IMG/VR virus record: IMGVR_UViG_3300034375_009028
Source of the DNA: a virus
Taxonomy: Duplodnaviria > Caudoviricetes
Reading direction: 5' to 3' (one strand)
Length of the DNA: 64,000 bases
Made by a program: the position numbers and the translations under genes. The notes below the pieces were generated by a model. That model searched no databases. It was not told where the DNA came from and worked only from the letters and a program-made list of their open reading frames with translations. Shown piece after piece: positions 1 to 10,778 of the stretch. The stretch's first letter is position 1; every line of letters starts with the position of its first letter.

Positions 1-223
1 TGAGCTAAGTTGGAAACCAAAGATTAGTTTTGTCAAATGTTATGAGGCATATCATGAATGGTGGAATAACGATAAAGATAATTTTACTTTAGATGAATTT
101 TTTACTTATGGAAAAGACAATGATTGTTTAATGGAAAGAGATATAACCAGATGGGATGATAAATACTTCTACGATTTGGCGATGAAATATCATGAAGGTT
201 TACTTATTTCAACCACAACATGA
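1..223 (+). CDS. 3' end of an ORF entering the window (ELSWKPKISF...LLISTTT*); weak resemblance to an NAD-dependent epimerase C-terminus
   Basis: Manual translation of frame 2, open from base 2 to TGA at 221-223; overlaps the next gene's start. Confidence 0.55.
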   Translation, partial: ELSWKPKISFVKCYEAYHEWWNNDKDNFTLDEFFTYGKDNDCLMERDITRWDDKYFYDLAMKYHEGLLISTTT

Positions 224-1919
224 GATTATCATTAAAGGAGTAAAAAATTATTGGTTACCTTATGCTGCTGGTTGTTTGTGGAGTTATGCTAAAGAAAATA
301 TACCAGAGTGTGAATTGGGAGAAATTATATTCAAAAGAGAAAGTATTGATACTGTACTTGATAAAATAGAAGATCCTGATGTTTGTGCTTTTAGTACATA
401 TATTTGGAATGAACAATATAACCTAAAGTTAGCACAACAAATTAAATTAAAATATCCAAATTGTATGATTGAATTTGGAGGTCCTCAAACGACTAAACAA
501 CTGATTGAAAAAAATTATATTGACTGTGTTATTCTTGGTGAAGGTGAAAAAGATTTTGTTGATATGCTCAATAGAATAAAAAATTCCCAACCAATAAAAC
601 CAATTTATGAAAGATTGCAATCAGATTCTTTAAGTTATTCTAGTCCTTATGAATCTGGGGTCTTTGATACTCTTGTAGAAAACTATCCTGAATATCATTG
701 GGCAACTTTAGTGGAGACTACTAGAGGTTGCCCTCATCACTGCACTTTTTGTGACTGGGGTACATGGATGGATAAAATTAAAAAATTTGATTTGGATCAA
801 GTAGAAAGAGATATCAATTGGATGTCTACTCATCGAGTTGGTTTTTTAATGGTAGCAGATGCAAATTTTGGCATTTTTGCGGAAAGAGATTTAAAGATTG
901 CTAAAATGCTTAGAAAATCTGCAGATCATCCAGATGCAATAATTGATGATATTACCGTTCAATATACAAAAAATGCAACAGATGTTGTATTTGATATTAG
1001 TGAGACACTTGGGCCTTACGATAGGCGAGGTGTTACTATGAGTGTTCAATCTATGAATGGACCTACTCTTAAGGCAATCAAACGACAAAATAATAAAAAA
1101 AATGCTGAGTTTGTAAAAAAAGCAAGAGAAAGAAATTTGAATGTATATACAGAATTAATTTTAGGATTACCTGAAGAAACTTTAGATTCTTGGAAGACTG
1201 GAATATGTGAATTACTTAGTTATGGTCAAGATAGTATTGATATTTGGTTCTGTCAGGTTTTTGGTAATACGGAATTAAATATCAATAGGGATAAGTATGG
1301 AATAAGTGTTGTTAATGCAGAGGATTATGTGTCTTTTACAAATAAAAATGATAACATAAAAGAAGTTGTAGAAATTATAAACAAAACTAATACGATGACC
1401 ACAGAAGAAATGATCGAAGCTTATCTTTATTCTTGGATGGTAATACAGTTACATATTAATGGATATTCTGAGATTATATCTAATTATTTTAATAAAGAAT
1501 TTAATATAAGTTATAGAAAATTTTATGATATTATATTTGAAGATATTAATAATGATAAAGGTCCAATTGGGAATCACTTTAGAGAATTAAAAACTAGAGT
1601 TACTGAATATTTGAAAACTGGAAAAATCATATCAGATAAAGACACTGGGCATACTTTAGAATTAAGTATGGGTACTGATTTTGAGTTTTTTTGGAATCGT
1701 AAGAATACTATAATAGATTATATTTGTCGTGCATGTGGTATGAATGTTCCAGATGATATTGTGAATTTACAAGTAAATTACATATATGATCCAAATATAA
1801 ATTATCCACAAATAGTTGGAAACTATTTGGTAGATAATGGTAGACTAGAACATGAAAGAAATGATATTTGGATATTGAAAAGAAAAAATCTTTTAAAAAA
1901 TAAGATTCAAGCACTATGA
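192..1919 (+). CDS. Cobalamin (B12)-binding radical SAM protein
   Basis: N-terminal B12-binding-type motifs (DVCAFSTYIWN, EFGGPQ, VILGEGE); CxxxCxxC motif ETTRGCPHHCTFCDWG; DANFG. Confidence 0.9.
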   Translation: MKVYLFQPQHEIIIKGVKNYWLPYAAGCLWSYAKENIPECELGEIIFKRESIDTVLDKIEDPDVCAFSTYIWNEQYNLKLAQQIKLKYPNCMIEFGGPQTTKQLIEKNYIDCVILGEGEKDFVDMLNRIKNSQPIKPIYERLQSDSLSYSSPYESGVFDTLVENYPEYHWATLVETTRGCPHHCTFCDWGTWMDKIKKFDLDQVERDINWMSTHRVGFLMVADANFGIFAERDLKIAKMLRKSADHPDAIIDDITVQYTKNATDVVFDISETLGPYDRRGVTMSVQSMNGPTLKAIKRQNNKKNAEFVKKARERNLNVYTELILGLPEETLDSWKTGICELLSYGQDSIDIWFCQVFGNTELNINRDKYGISVVNAEDYVSFTNKNDNIKEVVEIINKTNTMTTEEMIEAYLYSWMVIQLHINGYSEIISNYFNKEFNISYRKFYDIIFEDINNDKGPIGNHFRELKTRVTEYLKTGKIISDKDTGHTLELSMGTDFEFFWNRKNTIIDYICRACGMNVPDDIVNLQVNYIYDPNINYPQIVGNYLVDNGRLEHERNDIWILKRKNLLKNKIQAL

Positions 1920-3682
1920 AAAATCTATATATGTTCCAACCGCAATATGCGGTAGAAGTTAGAAATGAAGAAACCTATTGGTTACCTTATAGTGTAGGTT
2001 GTCTGTGGGCATACTGTACTCAGTATAAAGATGTTGCAAGTGGATATCATCTTAAGGATTTAATTTTTAAAAGAGAAAATCCTGAAGAACTTGTTAATAG
2101 ATTAGAGAATCCTGTAGTTTGTGCCTTTAGTACATATATTTGGAATGAGCAATATAATTTGCACGTTGCTAAATTAATAAAAGAAAAGTATCCAGAATGT
2201 ATTATAGAATTTGGAGGACCACAAGCAACAGATAAACTTGCAAAGTATGAATTTATTGATTGTATTATTGTGTCTGAGGGTGAGGAAGCATTTTTAGATT
2301 TGCTTACGAGGGTGATGTATCAAGAACCTTTTGAAAGAATCTATCGCAAGCAAAGAATTGAAACTTTAGATTTTCCCAGTCCATACCAAATGGGAATCTT
2401 TGATAAAATTATAGAAGACAATCCAAATGTTCTCTGGTCAATGACTATAGAAACAAATCGCGGTTGCCCTCATAGATGTACTTATTGTGACTGGGGTGGA
2501 ATGACATATCAAAAAGTAAAACATTTTGATATAACACGAGTCAAAGAAGATATTGATTGGGCAGCAAAGCATAATGTTGGTTTTATTTTTAATGCTGATG
2601 CAAACTTCGGTATGTTTAAAGAACGCGATGTTGAGATTGCAAAATTGTTTAGAAAAGCAGCAGATGAAGGTAAACTGGAAGCGATCAATGTCCAATACTC
2701 AAAAAATTCAACTGAAGTTATTTTTGAGATTGCACAAATCCTTGGTGACATTAGTAGGGGTGTAACATTAAGTGTTCAAACTATGAACGAACCAACACTT
2801 AAATCAATCAAGCGCAAAAATATGAGCATCAATAAGATCTCAGAGCAGATTGAGAAGAGCAAAAAATATGGAGTGAAAACATATACTGAACTTATCCTTG
2901 GTCTTCCAGATGAAACCTTAGACAGCTGGAAAGAAGGATTCTCAAAAATTCTTGAATGTGGACAACACGAATCAATTGATATTTGGTTTTGTCAAATGTT
3001 TGGTGATACTGAATTGAACAGTGCAACTTCTAGGGAAGTTTTTGGTATTAAAACTATTAAAGCAGAAGATTATATGTCATTCAGTAATGATGAATATGAC
3101 ATTAAAGAAGTTATAGAATTAATATCAGAAACAAATACGATGAGTAATGATGAACTTATTGAGGCATATATGTATGGTTGGTTGATAGTTCAATTCCATA
3201 TCGCAGGATATACTCAGTTAATTGCAAAACACTTCTTCAATAATTTAAACATAACTTATAGAAAGTTTTATGATGCTTTATTTGACTATGTTAGGAATGA
3301 TGTTGGTATTATTGGTGATCATTATAGAGAAATTGAGAGAGCAGTAAGTCATTACATGAAGACTGGAAAGATACTTGATACTGGTAAGCATGGGCACACA
3401 CTACATGCAGGTAGTTTTGCATTTATGTTTAATAATAAAGATGTAATATTTAAAATGGCAGAAGACGTTAGCAAATCATTTATTGATCTTAAATCTGATG
3501 TGTTGAAACTACAAAGAGCATTCATTTTTGATGAGAACGCTGAATATCCGTTCTATCTTGAATGCTCTGATAGTAAGTATAAAGTCGATACCGAGTTCAA
3601 AGAATTTGATAAGAATGATCCTCACACAGTTTTTATTTTGAGACGTAAGGGATTATTAAAAAATCAATTAACCTTATGTTAA
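1916..3682 (+). CDS. Cobalamin (B12)-binding radical SAM protein, paralog of the preceding gene
   Basis: Same architecture (CAFSTYIWN, EFGGPQ, VSEGE, ETNRGCPHRCTYCDWG, DANFG); ATGA overlap with the upstream gene. Confidence 0.9.
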   Translation: MKNLYMFQPQYAVEVRNEETYWLPYSVGCLWAYCTQYKDVASGYHLKDLIFKRENPEELVNRLENPVVCAFSTYIWNEQYNLHVAKLIKEKYPECIIEFGGPQATDKLAKYEFIDCIIVSEGEEAFLDLLTRVMYQEPFERIYRKQRIETLDFPSPYQMGIFDKIIEDNPNVLWSMTIETNRGCPHRCTYCDWGGMTYQKVKHFDITRVKEDIDWAAKHNVGFIFNADANFGMFKERDVEIAKLFRKAADEGKLEAINVQYSKNSTEVIFEIAQILGDISRGVTLSVQTMNEPTLKSIKRKNMSINKISEQIEKSKKYGVKTYTELILGLPDETLDSWKEGFSKILECGQHESIDIWFCQMFGDTELNSATSREVFGIKTIKAEDYMSFSNDEYDIKEVIELISETNTMSNDELIEAYMYGWLIVQFHIAGYTQLIAKHFFNNLNITYRKFYDALFDYVRNDVGIIGDHYREIERAVSHYMKTGKILDTGKHGHTLHAGSFAFMFNNKDVIFKMAEDVSKSFIDLKSDVLKLQRAFIFDENAEYPFYLECSDSKYKVDTEFKEFDKNDPHTVFILRRKGLLKNQLTLC

Positions 3683-5323
3683 TGTTGGAGATTCTGGATC
3701 TATCGGTGTTTTGCCCGATTGTCCATCTATTGCTGGTGCTCCAGAACTTTGATCCATTGGCATACCAGTTGCTGGATCTATAGGTGCATTTGGATCAGGA
3801 ATAACTCCAGATGCAATCTCCTTTTTAATTAATTTATCTTGATCGATAATTTCTTCATCAGTTTGACGAAGAATCTTACGCCTTACATAATCTTGAGAGA
3901 AATACTTACCAATATATGGTTCTGCTGTTGCTGCAATATTCAATCTCTCTGTCATCAACTCCGCTTCTTTAAGTTCGGAGAAATGATTATCATATAAGAA
4001 ATCATACTGAATATGCTCTTCCATTATATCCCAATCTTGAGGAGATACAATATTTTTTAGAATTAATTGTGTCTTTAATATATCGGTAAATAAATTTGAG
4101 AATCTCTTCCTTAACCTACCAACAAATTTTGTAAACTTCAATTCATCTCTAAGAATCTCTGAAGATCTACCAAGGTTAAATCCTTCCTGACCACCAATTC
4201 TTGAAGATGGAACATTTAGTGAACGATATAATTTTTCTTGGAAATATTTAATATCAGAAAGTTCGCCAAGATTTTGTCCACCTGGAAGAGTAGAAATTTC
4301 AGTTCCTCTACCACCTTCACGACGAGGTAACCAAAAATCTTCAAGCATCGCCATGGATTTTTTATCGTCACGAATTTCTCCAGTATTTGCATCATATACA
4401 AGTTTATTGCGATAACGACTCATTACGTCTCGCAAATATTGCTCTGCTTTCATTTTTGGAAGATTTCCAACATCAATATAGAATATTCTACGTTCAGGTG
4501 CTCTTGATAACCTGTATATAACAAGAGAATCTTCAATCATGCGAAGTTGATTGATAGATTTAATTGCTTTGTGTAAATAAGATAATGTTATATTCTTATT
4601 TCTATCAACTAATCCAGAAGTACAGTATGTAATACTATCTTTTGCAAATTTTATTCCTTGAGTAACTTGACCCGATCCTTTTGCCATAGAACCAACAGGA
4701 TTTTGTGTGTTTTGATTGTACACAAAATACTCAGTTATTTCTGGAAACCCAGAATCCATGGGATCTTTTTCTAAATCTTTTGACAGAACAATTGAATTGT
4801 CGTTTCCTTTTTTTGCTGCCTGCCTAACAAAACGCATTTTTAAGGCATCAATATATCTTAACTCTTGAATACCTTCTTGTGGATTTTTTAAATCAATTAC
4901 TTTATGATAATATAATCTTCCATCAACGTACCAATTTCTATAAATTTCATGACATTTCTTATCAAAATCCAATAACTCTAGAATTGCTTTAAATTCTTCT
5001 CTTATTTTTTTCTTCAATCCATCACTTGCATTTAGATTATCCAAGTCAATTTGAACTGGACTATCATTGGTATCACTAACAATGGCTTCGTTCACAATAT
5101 CTTCAATGGCACCATCAACCTCTGGATGAAGGGCCATCTCTCTATATCTTCTAATTAAGTCATATTCGGTCCTATAGATACCTTCGATATCTACATAAGA
5201 TCCAAAAAATCCACTAGTTAGATAATGGTCAACCCCGTCCTCATTTGATTGAGGAACGGGGGAAACCACACCTTTAGATTTTTTATCTTCATCATCTATT
5301 GAAAAACCAAATAGTTTTGCCAT
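3674..5323 (-). CDS. gp20: Portal vertex protein
   Basis: T4 gp20 motifs (YREMALHPEVD, YRLSRAPERRIFYIDVGNLPK, MLEDFWLPRREGGRGTEISTLPGGQNLG); follows gp19. Confidence 0.97.
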   Translation of the reverse strand: MAKLFGFSIDDEDKKSKGVVSPVPQSNEDGVDHYLTSGFFGSYVDIEGIYRTEYDLIRRYREMALHPEVDGAIEDIVNEAIVSDTNDSPVQIDLDNLNASDGLKKKIREEFKAILELLDFDKKCHEIYRNWYVDGRLYYHKVIDLKNPQEGIQELRYIDALKMRFVRQAAKKGNDNSIVLSKDLEKDPMDSGFPEITEYFVYNQNTQNPVGSMAKGSGQVTQGIKFAKDSITYCTSGLVDRNKNITLSYLHKAIKSINQLRMIEDSLVIYRLSRAPERRIFYIDVGNLPKMKAEQYLRDVMSRYRNKLVYDANTGEIRDDKKSMAMLEDFWLPRREGGRGTEISTLPGGQNLGELSDIKYFQEKLYRSLNVPSSRIGGQEGFNLGRSSEILRDELKFTKFVGRLRKRFSNLFTDILKTQLILKNIVSPQDWDIMEEHIQYDFLYDNHFSELKEAELMTERLNIAATAEPYIGKYFSQDYVRRKILRQTDEEIIDQDKLIKKEIASGVIPDPNAPIDPATGMPMDQSSGAPAIDGQSGKTPIDPESPTLT

Positions 5324-5348
5324 TATAATCTAAAGTATTTTGATGTAC

Positions 5349-5356
5349 TATTTATT
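5349..5356 (-). promoter_or_regulatory. T4-type late promoter (AATAAATA) for gp20
   Basis: NATAAATA about 25 nt upstream of the ATG. Confidence 0.6.
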
Positions 5357-5954
5357 ATACAATAGCAGTGCCAGTTTGGTCAGTACCTTCAGCTTGCCAC
5401 CATTGGACTTGGAAGTCTACAGTGAACTCTTCAATTGTATCTGAAGTATCATAAGAGAGGTCAATTTGTCCAACATTGGTTGGGAAAATATCATAGAACT
5501 TATATGTTCTTAGAGGTAAAGATGCTGTAGCATCAGTATTTGCAGTTGAGAATCTCTTCTCGCCTCTTCCTAATTGATGAACATATGCATTTCTCATGTA
5601 TGATGTTGGAGAAGTTGCACCTGTAGCATTATCTAACTTACTTACCTGATTCATCCACTGCTCAAAAGCAGTTCTGATCTTAAAGTCTTCATCATTAATG
5701 ACAGTTACAGTCCAAACATCAAATGTTCTGTCTCCAGCAACTTTTAAAATTCTTCCTCTAAATGGAACATCAATTGATGCAACATTAGAAGCAGGAAGTG
5801 CTGCTGCTTTGCATAAGAAGTTAAATGTCTCATCATCCCAACCAGATACACTATCTGGGAAAGTTGGAATACTTACCTCAAATAGATTTGGTCTTGCTGC
5901 ACCACCCTGTAACTTTGATTTGAAGTCAGTGATGGTTCTAATCGCTCTAGTCAT
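5355..5954 (-). CDS. gp19: Tail tube protein
   Basis: GGAARPNLFEV, VPFRGRILKVAGDRTFDVWTVTVIND, IDLSYD..DTIEEFTVDFQVQWW; follows the sheath gene. Confidence 0.95.
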   Translation of the reverse strand: MTRAIRTITDFKSKLQGGAARPNLFEVSIPTFPDSVSGWDDETFNFLCKAAALPASNVASIDVPFRGRILKVAGDRTFDVWTVTVINDEDFKIRTAFEQWMNQVSKLDNATGATSPTSYMRNAYVHQLGRGEKRFSTANTDATASLPLRTYKFYDIFPTNVGQIDLSYDTSDTIEEFTVDFQVQWWQAEGTDQTGTAIV

Positions 5955-5991
5955 TGTTTTTGGTCCTCCGTGTTAGTTGTTGAATAATGAC

Positions 5992-8814
5992 TTAAACTCT
6001 ACCAGCAACTTCTTCAAAACTGATACCAGTTCTGGTTGCAACAAATGTTAGAGTAACATAGTTAATAGACTTAGCAGGCTTCAGGAAGATATCTGCTCTA
6101 AACTCATTATTATCAATAACATCTGGAGTATTATTGGTTTCGTCACAAATGATTAGGAAGTCATAGATACCTCTCTTTGCTCTGACATCACGTAAGTATG
6201 GTTCAACAATATTTACAAAGTTTGATCTTGTAATTTGATCGTTGAATTCAAATAGTTGTGCTTCAGCAGCTCTTTCAAGTGATTGTTCTACTGTTAAGAA
6301 CAATCTACGAACGTTGATTCTATCAAATGCTGATGCGTATCCAAGAGCGGTCTTATCACCAAACAGTAGTACACCTAGTCCTGGTTGAGATACAATTGGA
6401 TTAATTCTGGCAGAATAGAGACGATCTCTTTGATTCTTTCCAGGATTAAATGCTAGTTTGATTGCATTTTTGATGATACCTCTTTGCTGTCCAGCAGGTG
6501 AGAACCATGGGTAAGCAACTAAGTTTGTTCTTGCCATCAATCCAGCAACATCTGGATTACATGGAATGTAGCGGAATACATTATTGAATCTATCATAAGT
6601 GTACTTATATCCACTATCAAAAACTGCATATGAAGAAGATTGTAGAGGACCAAAGAACTCAATAATATTATTCATTTGAGTTGTTGTATTTGTTATATCA
6701 ACAACAGACGATCTGTGTGGTGATATAAGTGCCATACAATCTTTTCTTGATTCTGCAATTGCAATTATTTTATTTGCTTTTGCCTGACTTTCACCAATTG
6801 AATCAAGTCCTGGTCCCATCAATAGGAAATCGACAACAGTATCTTCTTTATTAGAGAATCTTTCATATGCTGCAATCAAGTCACCTAAAGTTGACCTTAA
6901 TCCATTATCAATAGTATAATCATTTCCACCTGCTAATGTATAAGTTACTGCACCAATTACGCTAAATGCATTATCTTTTGCTTCTCTATCCCAAGCAAGA
7001 TCTTCCAGAGGTGGAGTTGAGAATGTTGTTGGATAATCACTAACTCCAGGAATAATTGAAAATGGATATGAGACATTAAAATTTCTAACAAATACTGTGG
7101 ATGTTGGTTGGGTATTATGATAGTTATCAAATCCACCAGATTGATTTGCTCCAGCGTAAATATAGTCTGAGAAGTTTGCAAGGTAGTTCTTGTACCAAAT
7201 TTTTTCTGGTGAATTTACTTGCGAAATTGCATCAGTTGCTTTAGATAAGAATAAGTGCTTCTCTAAAATATTTCCTCTAATACCAGTTAATGCTCCAGAA
7301 TCATCAACAACAACAATGTGCATTTCATCAGACTCGCCATTACGTTGGTCTGCATAATTTGACGTTCCAGGTTTTGGTGCAATGGAGCTCCAAAGAATAT
7401 TTGAATTGTCTAATCCCAAAGTTTGTGAGTTATACCAATCATCAACTCTTTCAATTTGTGCTCTTGAAATCAGAGAGTCTACTTGAAGTGTAATCTCATC
7501 ATCTCTTAATGTATCTGCTGTAAGTACTAGGTTATCATTTGGAGCAATACCTCCAATAGCACTACCCAAAATAGTGATTTCTTCACCAACACCAAAGTTT
7601 TGACCTGGATCTACTAGTGTAACAGTACTGATTCCACCAACATTATTTCTATAAATGTTAAATGTTACTCCTGTTCCACCATCTGTACCAACACCAGAAA
7701 TATTGAAGAAGGCAGTATTTACTGAAGTACCTACAGTTGGTGCTGAACTAATTCCTGTTGATGCAACTGCACCAAAAGATAAATCATATCCACCAACCAA
7801 AGAACCAGCAATAGTAACTGTCTCTGAAGTAGTAAATCCAATACCAGGATTTGCAACAGTGATAGATTCTACAGAACCATCTGTTGTATTTCTAGTAACA
7901 TTAAAAGTTGCATCTTGTCCATTATTTGCAGCAACTCCAGCAACTCCAGAATAAGTATTTCCTTTTTCTGAAGCAATTGCAGTATCTACAAAAGTAGAAT
8001 TTAAATCTCCAACTGCATCAACAAAGGATACAATTCTATCGTTGTTGTCAATAATATTAACCCTTTGTTCTGCTAAGAAGGAGTAAATATCACTACCCAA
8101 ACTATAATCTACTCTTTGATGCTTTCCTGGTTCAGTACCTCCAGTAGATACAAGGGAATGAATTTTTACTGATAAAAAGCTTTTACTCAGCTCTGGACCA
8201 TCAACTACTTGTGTAATTATTCCTTTTAGATATCCCTCAAAAGCTTGTGTTGTTCCTGCACCAGGAATAACTTTTCCAGTAATATCTACAGTAATACCGT
8301 AACCAACTTGAGCATTAATTCCCGAACCAACACTAATTGATGTTGTAGCAAAACCAACGATTTGATCTGCAAAATCATCAATAACACAAATCTTTATATC
8401 ATTTGCCCAAGAACCTGGGTTCTTTGCAGAATAAAGAAAATCAGAAGCTGATTCTGAAATATTGGCGTTATAATCGTCAAAGTTTTTAATTTTCAAATCA
8501 GAAGATTCTGTTCCTAAACCAACATTGGAGTTCTTTAAATTTGCTCCATCAGTTCTAACTACATTGACTATTCCACCATAAGAAAGATAAGATGCTGCAC
8601 TCATCCAGTACTCATAGTGTTTGTATTCTGTTTTTGGTTTTCCAAAAGCATTGATTAGTTCTTGCTCTGTAGTTACAGTTATTGGAACATCAACAGGTCC
8701 GATTTCAAAGGGACCCGCAATACCCCCAACGTTATCAAGAACGTTATCAGCTCTTCCTACGGTAAGATCAACCTCTCTAGTTAATACACCAGGAGATAAT
8801 TGAGGAGTCGCCAT
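5992..8814 (-). CDS. gp18: Tail sheath protein, enlarged (940 aa) by an internal insertion
   Basis: SPGVLTREVDLT N-terminus; PWFSPAG, GDKTAL..SAFDRINVRRLF, FRADIFLKPAKSINYVTLTFVATRTG. Confidence 0.95.
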   Translation of the reverse strand: MATPQLSPGVLTREVDLTVGRADNVLDNVGGIAGPFEIGPVDVPITVTTEQELINAFGKPKTEYKHYEYWMSAASYLSYGGIVNVVRTDGANLKNSNVGLGTESSDLKIKNFDDYNANISESASDFLYSAKNPGSWANDIKICVIDDFADQIVGFATTSISVGSGINAQVGYGITVDITGKVIPGAGTTQAFEGYLKGIITQVVDGPELSKSFLSVKIHSLVSTGGTEPGKHQRVDYSLGSDIYSFLAEQRVNIIDNNDRIVSFVDAVGDLNSTFVDTAIASEKGNTYSGVAGVAANNGQDATFNVTRNTTDGSVESITVANPGIGFTTSETVTIAGSLVGGYDLSFGAVASTGISSAPTVGTSVNTAFFNISGVGTDGGTGVTFNIYRNNVGGISTVTLVDPGQNFGVGEEITILGSAIGGIAPNDNLVLTADTLRDDEITLQVDSLISRAQIERVDDWYNSQTLGLDNSNILWSSIAPKPGTSNYADQRNGESDEMHIVVVDDSGALTGIRGNILEKHLFLSKATDAISQVNSPEKIWYKNYLANFSDYIYAGANQSGGFDNYHNTQPTSTVFVRNFNVSYPFSIIPGVSDYPTTFSTPPLEDLAWDREAKDNAFSVIGAVTYTLAGGNDYTIDNGLRSTLGDLIAAYERFSNKEDTVVDFLLMGPGLDSIGESQAKANKIIAIAESRKDCMALISPHRSSVVDITNTTTQMNNIIEFFGPLQSSSYAVFDSGYKYTYDRFNNVFRYIPCNPDVAGLMARTNLVAYPWFSPAGQQRGIIKNAIKLAFNPGKNQRDRLYSARINPIVSQPGLGVLLFGDKTALGYASAFDRINVRRLFLTVEQSLERAAEAQLFEFNDQITRSNFVNIVEPYLRDVRAKRGIYDFLIICDETNNTPDVIDNNEFRADIFLKPAKSINYVTLTFVATRTGISFEEVAGRV

Positions 8815-8893
8815 TGATTAATTCTCCTTAAGACTCAGTTTAACTAAAAATATTTAGGAAATTGTCTATTTAGGCGGGGAAATTGGACGTGAA

Positions 8894-9139
8894 CTACCAA
8901 TCTGGATATTCCCATCTATCAAATACTCTGCTTGTCATTCTACTAACAATTATTCTCTTTTTAGTGCATTCTTTGCATTCATATGAATATGAAGAAGATA
9001 CTGCCCCTTTATTTTTACGTGTCCTATAAAATCCTTCAATTAAATTTTTTCTTTGTCCACAATATCTACAAGTTCTTTCATTTAAAAGTAGATGGGATAA
9101 AGATATTTGATTGTCTATATCCATTATTGATAATCCCAC
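8894..9139 (-). CDS. Small CxxC...CxxC (probable zinc-binding) hypothetical protein
   Basis: CRYC and ECKEC motifs; lies between gp17 and gp18. Confidence 0.75.
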   Translation of the reverse strand: MGLSIMDIDNQISLSHLLLNERTCRYCGQRKNLIEGFYRTRKNKGAVSSSYSYECKECTKKRIIVSRMTSRVFDRWEYPDW

Positions 9140-10770
9140 ATGTAGGACATGTCACCATATTCATCAGTAAACCAGCGGTCACCATCTTTATCAACAAAAC
9201 TATCTGATCCCAATCCATCATCAATAAATCCAAAAGGTGCCATGTCTTGTTCTATTTGATTCTTTTGCTCTTCATATAAACGCTTTCTAATATCCTGATC
9301 TGTTAATTCTTTAAAATAATCTTGTGCAACTAACCAAGCATATATTACTAAACACATTGCAAGATCATCATTACATCCATCCTCTGCCTCAAAGGAATTA
9401 TGTTTTTGGATAAACGTTGTTAACTCTGCAATAATATCATAGTCTTTAAATATTAATTTATCCTCTTCAATGAGTGTTTTTAAGTTCAAACATCCAACTT
9501 TTTTAACCGTCTTGGACATCTTTACACCCAATTGTGTCTTCTTCCCAGAAAATCCTTGACCAACAATTTGACCTGCTCTTCCCCTCATAGAGCACATTAA
9601 TAAATTTTGATATTCTAAATCAAATTGTAAAATAGCGGCAACTTGGTCACCAACATCATTAACTTCACACAATACATAAGCATCATTATAATTTTTTGCT
9701 ACTTCATATATGACACTTGGAAATAGCATCGGTTTTATTTCATTATGCCTATATTTTGCAACTAAACTATGTGGGAATGTTGTTATGTCTATCACAGTAA
9801 ATGCAGAATAATCACTACCCACACCTCTTGCAACATCTACGGAAATTACATAACTATGGTCTTTTTGAACGTCTTCAAATACATCTAAACCTTGATTACT
9901 TATTCTTGGTTGTTCATAAACCATAGTCCTAATTTTTGAAGGACTAATGAGAGTATCGACAGATCCTAAGAATTCGCATTCAAACTCGACCTTAAACTGC
10001 TGTTCTGATGTATTGGCAATTGTTTGCCTCTTCCATTCTTCATCTCTACCAGGAACGTCACTCCAATGAACTTCAGTTGGAATATATTCATTCTTTTGAC
10101 GCTCAGCATCATGCCATAATTTATAGAAGTGATTCATACCGTGAGGCGTGCTCACGATAATAACTTTAGTGTTCTTACCAGACGAAATTGTAGGATATAC
10201 TGAACTGAAGAACTGATCAGCAATATGGTTTGCAACGAACGCAAATTCGTCCAGGAAGATGATGTTATAAGATCCACCACGAACTGCAGATGCAGATGTT
10301 GATGCTGCAATAATTTTTGACCCATTCTCCAATTCAAGAGATGCTTTGTTCCAGGTCAAAACACCTTGCTGCAACCAGCGAGGTAAATTCTCATATGCGG
10401 TTTGCAATCTATCTAATAGATCTTTAGCAGTAGATGCCTTGTTAGCAAGAATTGCAATATTTACATTATCATTAAAAATTGCATAATAAAGTAGATAAGA
10501 TACAACAATAGTTGATTTACCAGACTGTCTTGGTAGTTTGCATATATTAAATCTATTATTATGAAAACGATCAAGCATCACCTCTTGAAATGGATACGGA
10601 TTAAACAGCTGTAATCCATAGTCTAGGGTAACAATATTAATATAGTTTTTGGCAAAATATACTGGGTCATCAATACATTTTGCAAACTCTATAACTTGAT
10701 TTTCAGTAAACCCTTGAGATGTATTTGCTTTTTTTAGCAGTGGATTACCAAGATAATGATCAACAGCCAT
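9124..10770 (-). CDS. gp17: Terminase large subunit
   Basis: Walker A PRQSGKST; Walker B IIFLDEFAF; nuclease motifs SVDVARG and DDLAM. Confidence 0.97.
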   Translation of the reverse strand: MAVDHYLGNPLLKKANTSQGFTENQVIEFAKCIDDPVYFAKNYINIVTLDYGLQLFNPYPFQEVMLDRFHNNRFNICKLPRQSGKSTIVVSYLLYYAIFNDNVNIAILANKASTAKDLLDRLQTAYENLPRWLQQGVLTWNKASLELENGSKIIAASTSASAVRGGSYNIIFLDEFAFVANHIADQFFSSVYPTISSGKNTKVIIVSTPHGMNHFYKLWHDAERQKNEYIPTEVHWSDVPGRDEEWKRQTIANTSEQQFKVEFECEFLGSVDTLISPSKIRTMVYEQPRISNQGLDVFEDVQKDHSYVISVDVARGVGSDYSAFTVIDITTFPHSLVAKYRHNEIKPMLFPSVIYEVAKNYNDAYVLCEVNDVGDQVAAILQFDLEYQNLLMCSMRGRAGQIVGQGFSGKKTQLGVKMSKTVKKVGCLNLKTLIEEDKLIFKDYDIIAELTTFIQKHNSFEAEDGCNDDLAMCLVIYAWLVAQDYFKELTDQDIRKRLYEEQKNQIEQDMAPFGFIDDGLGSDSFVDKDGDRWFTDEYGDMSYMWDYQ

Positions 10771-10778
10771 AAATTAAC

